Positions 63,821 through 64,000 of a stretch of DNA of 64,000 nucleotides are shown here, in pieces. The DNA is taken from positions 1-64,000 of IMG/VR virus record IMGVR_UViG_3300032038_000060, one strand, 5' to 3'. Source of the DNA: a virus. Taxonomy: Duplodnaviria > Caudoviricetes. The position numbers and the translations under genes were made by a program. How positions within the stretch are numbered: the first letter of the stretch is position 1; each line of letters opens with the position of its first letter. The notes under the pieces are model-generated. The model had not been told where the DNA came from, ran no database searches, and worked only from the letters and a program-made list of their open reading frames with translations.

Positions 63821-64000
63821 TCAAAATCCAAAGGCTTTGTCTATCTCCTCCTCGGTCTCGTCACGCTCCTCGGAACGTAAGTACTTCGGCGGCGGTATTG
63901 GGGTCAGCAGGAAGTCCGGCAGCCATGCCTCTTCATGCAGCCCGCCAAGACTATCGCAGAAATGTAACAGGACAAAATTGTTCTTGATGCCTATGCCCTC
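63821..64000 (-). CDS. 3' end of a CDS truncated by the window edge
   Basis: Open frame ...EGIGIKNNFVLLHFCDSLGGLHEEAWLPDFLL...DKAFGF*. Confidence 0.5.
   Translation of the reverse strand, partial: EGIGIKNNFVLLHFCDSLGGLHEEAWLPDFLLTPIPPPKYLRSEERDETEEEIDKAFGF

Noticed and set aside
1-64000. Stop-codon reassignment as in Lak or some crAss-like phages
   Set aside because: Long genes are intact in the standard code, and TAG, TGA and TAA all terminate genes at sensible positions.

Overview
This window is most of a large tailed phage with a Bacteroidales/Prevotella-type host, inferred from TTTG-N20-TAnnTTTG promoters, Bacteroidetes-type HU proteins and AT-rich leaders without Shine-Dalgarno sites. 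It reads in the standard genetic code. Structural genes include a 2992-aa tape measure protein, terminase, portal, S49 prohead protease/scaffold, major capsid, probable tail tube, a 2322-aa tail protein, and a dispersed lysis set (amidase, probable u-spanin, holin). No integrase or repressor is recognisable. Instead there is a plasmid-type replicon (Rep initiator, 23-bp-phased iterons, DnaC-like ATPase, ParA, small partner, octamer array), which suggests a phage-plasmid. A complete diversity-generating retroelement is present: RT, a 179-bp TR/VR pair with 16 mismatches all at TR adenines, a MutS-like accessory gene and a tail-fibre target. The strongest unexplained signal is a bipartite motif, TGCCCTTG-N20-TATWTTG, in 9 exact copies plus 2 variants. 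It sits upstream of most virion and lysis clusters and not upstream of the replication or partition genes, so it is a candidate phage late promoter. An RNA-polymerase alpha-CTD-like protein and one other host-promoter gene are candidate partners. Other leads are an ORF-poor 2-kb locus with three paralogous hairpin elements, a poly-G-frameshifted DNA methyltransferase, a chain of small tail genes sharing terminal motifs, a 7-gene Cys-rich cassette, and paralogous gene remnants that may mark an inversion. All product names come from motif recognition by eye, and no database search was run.
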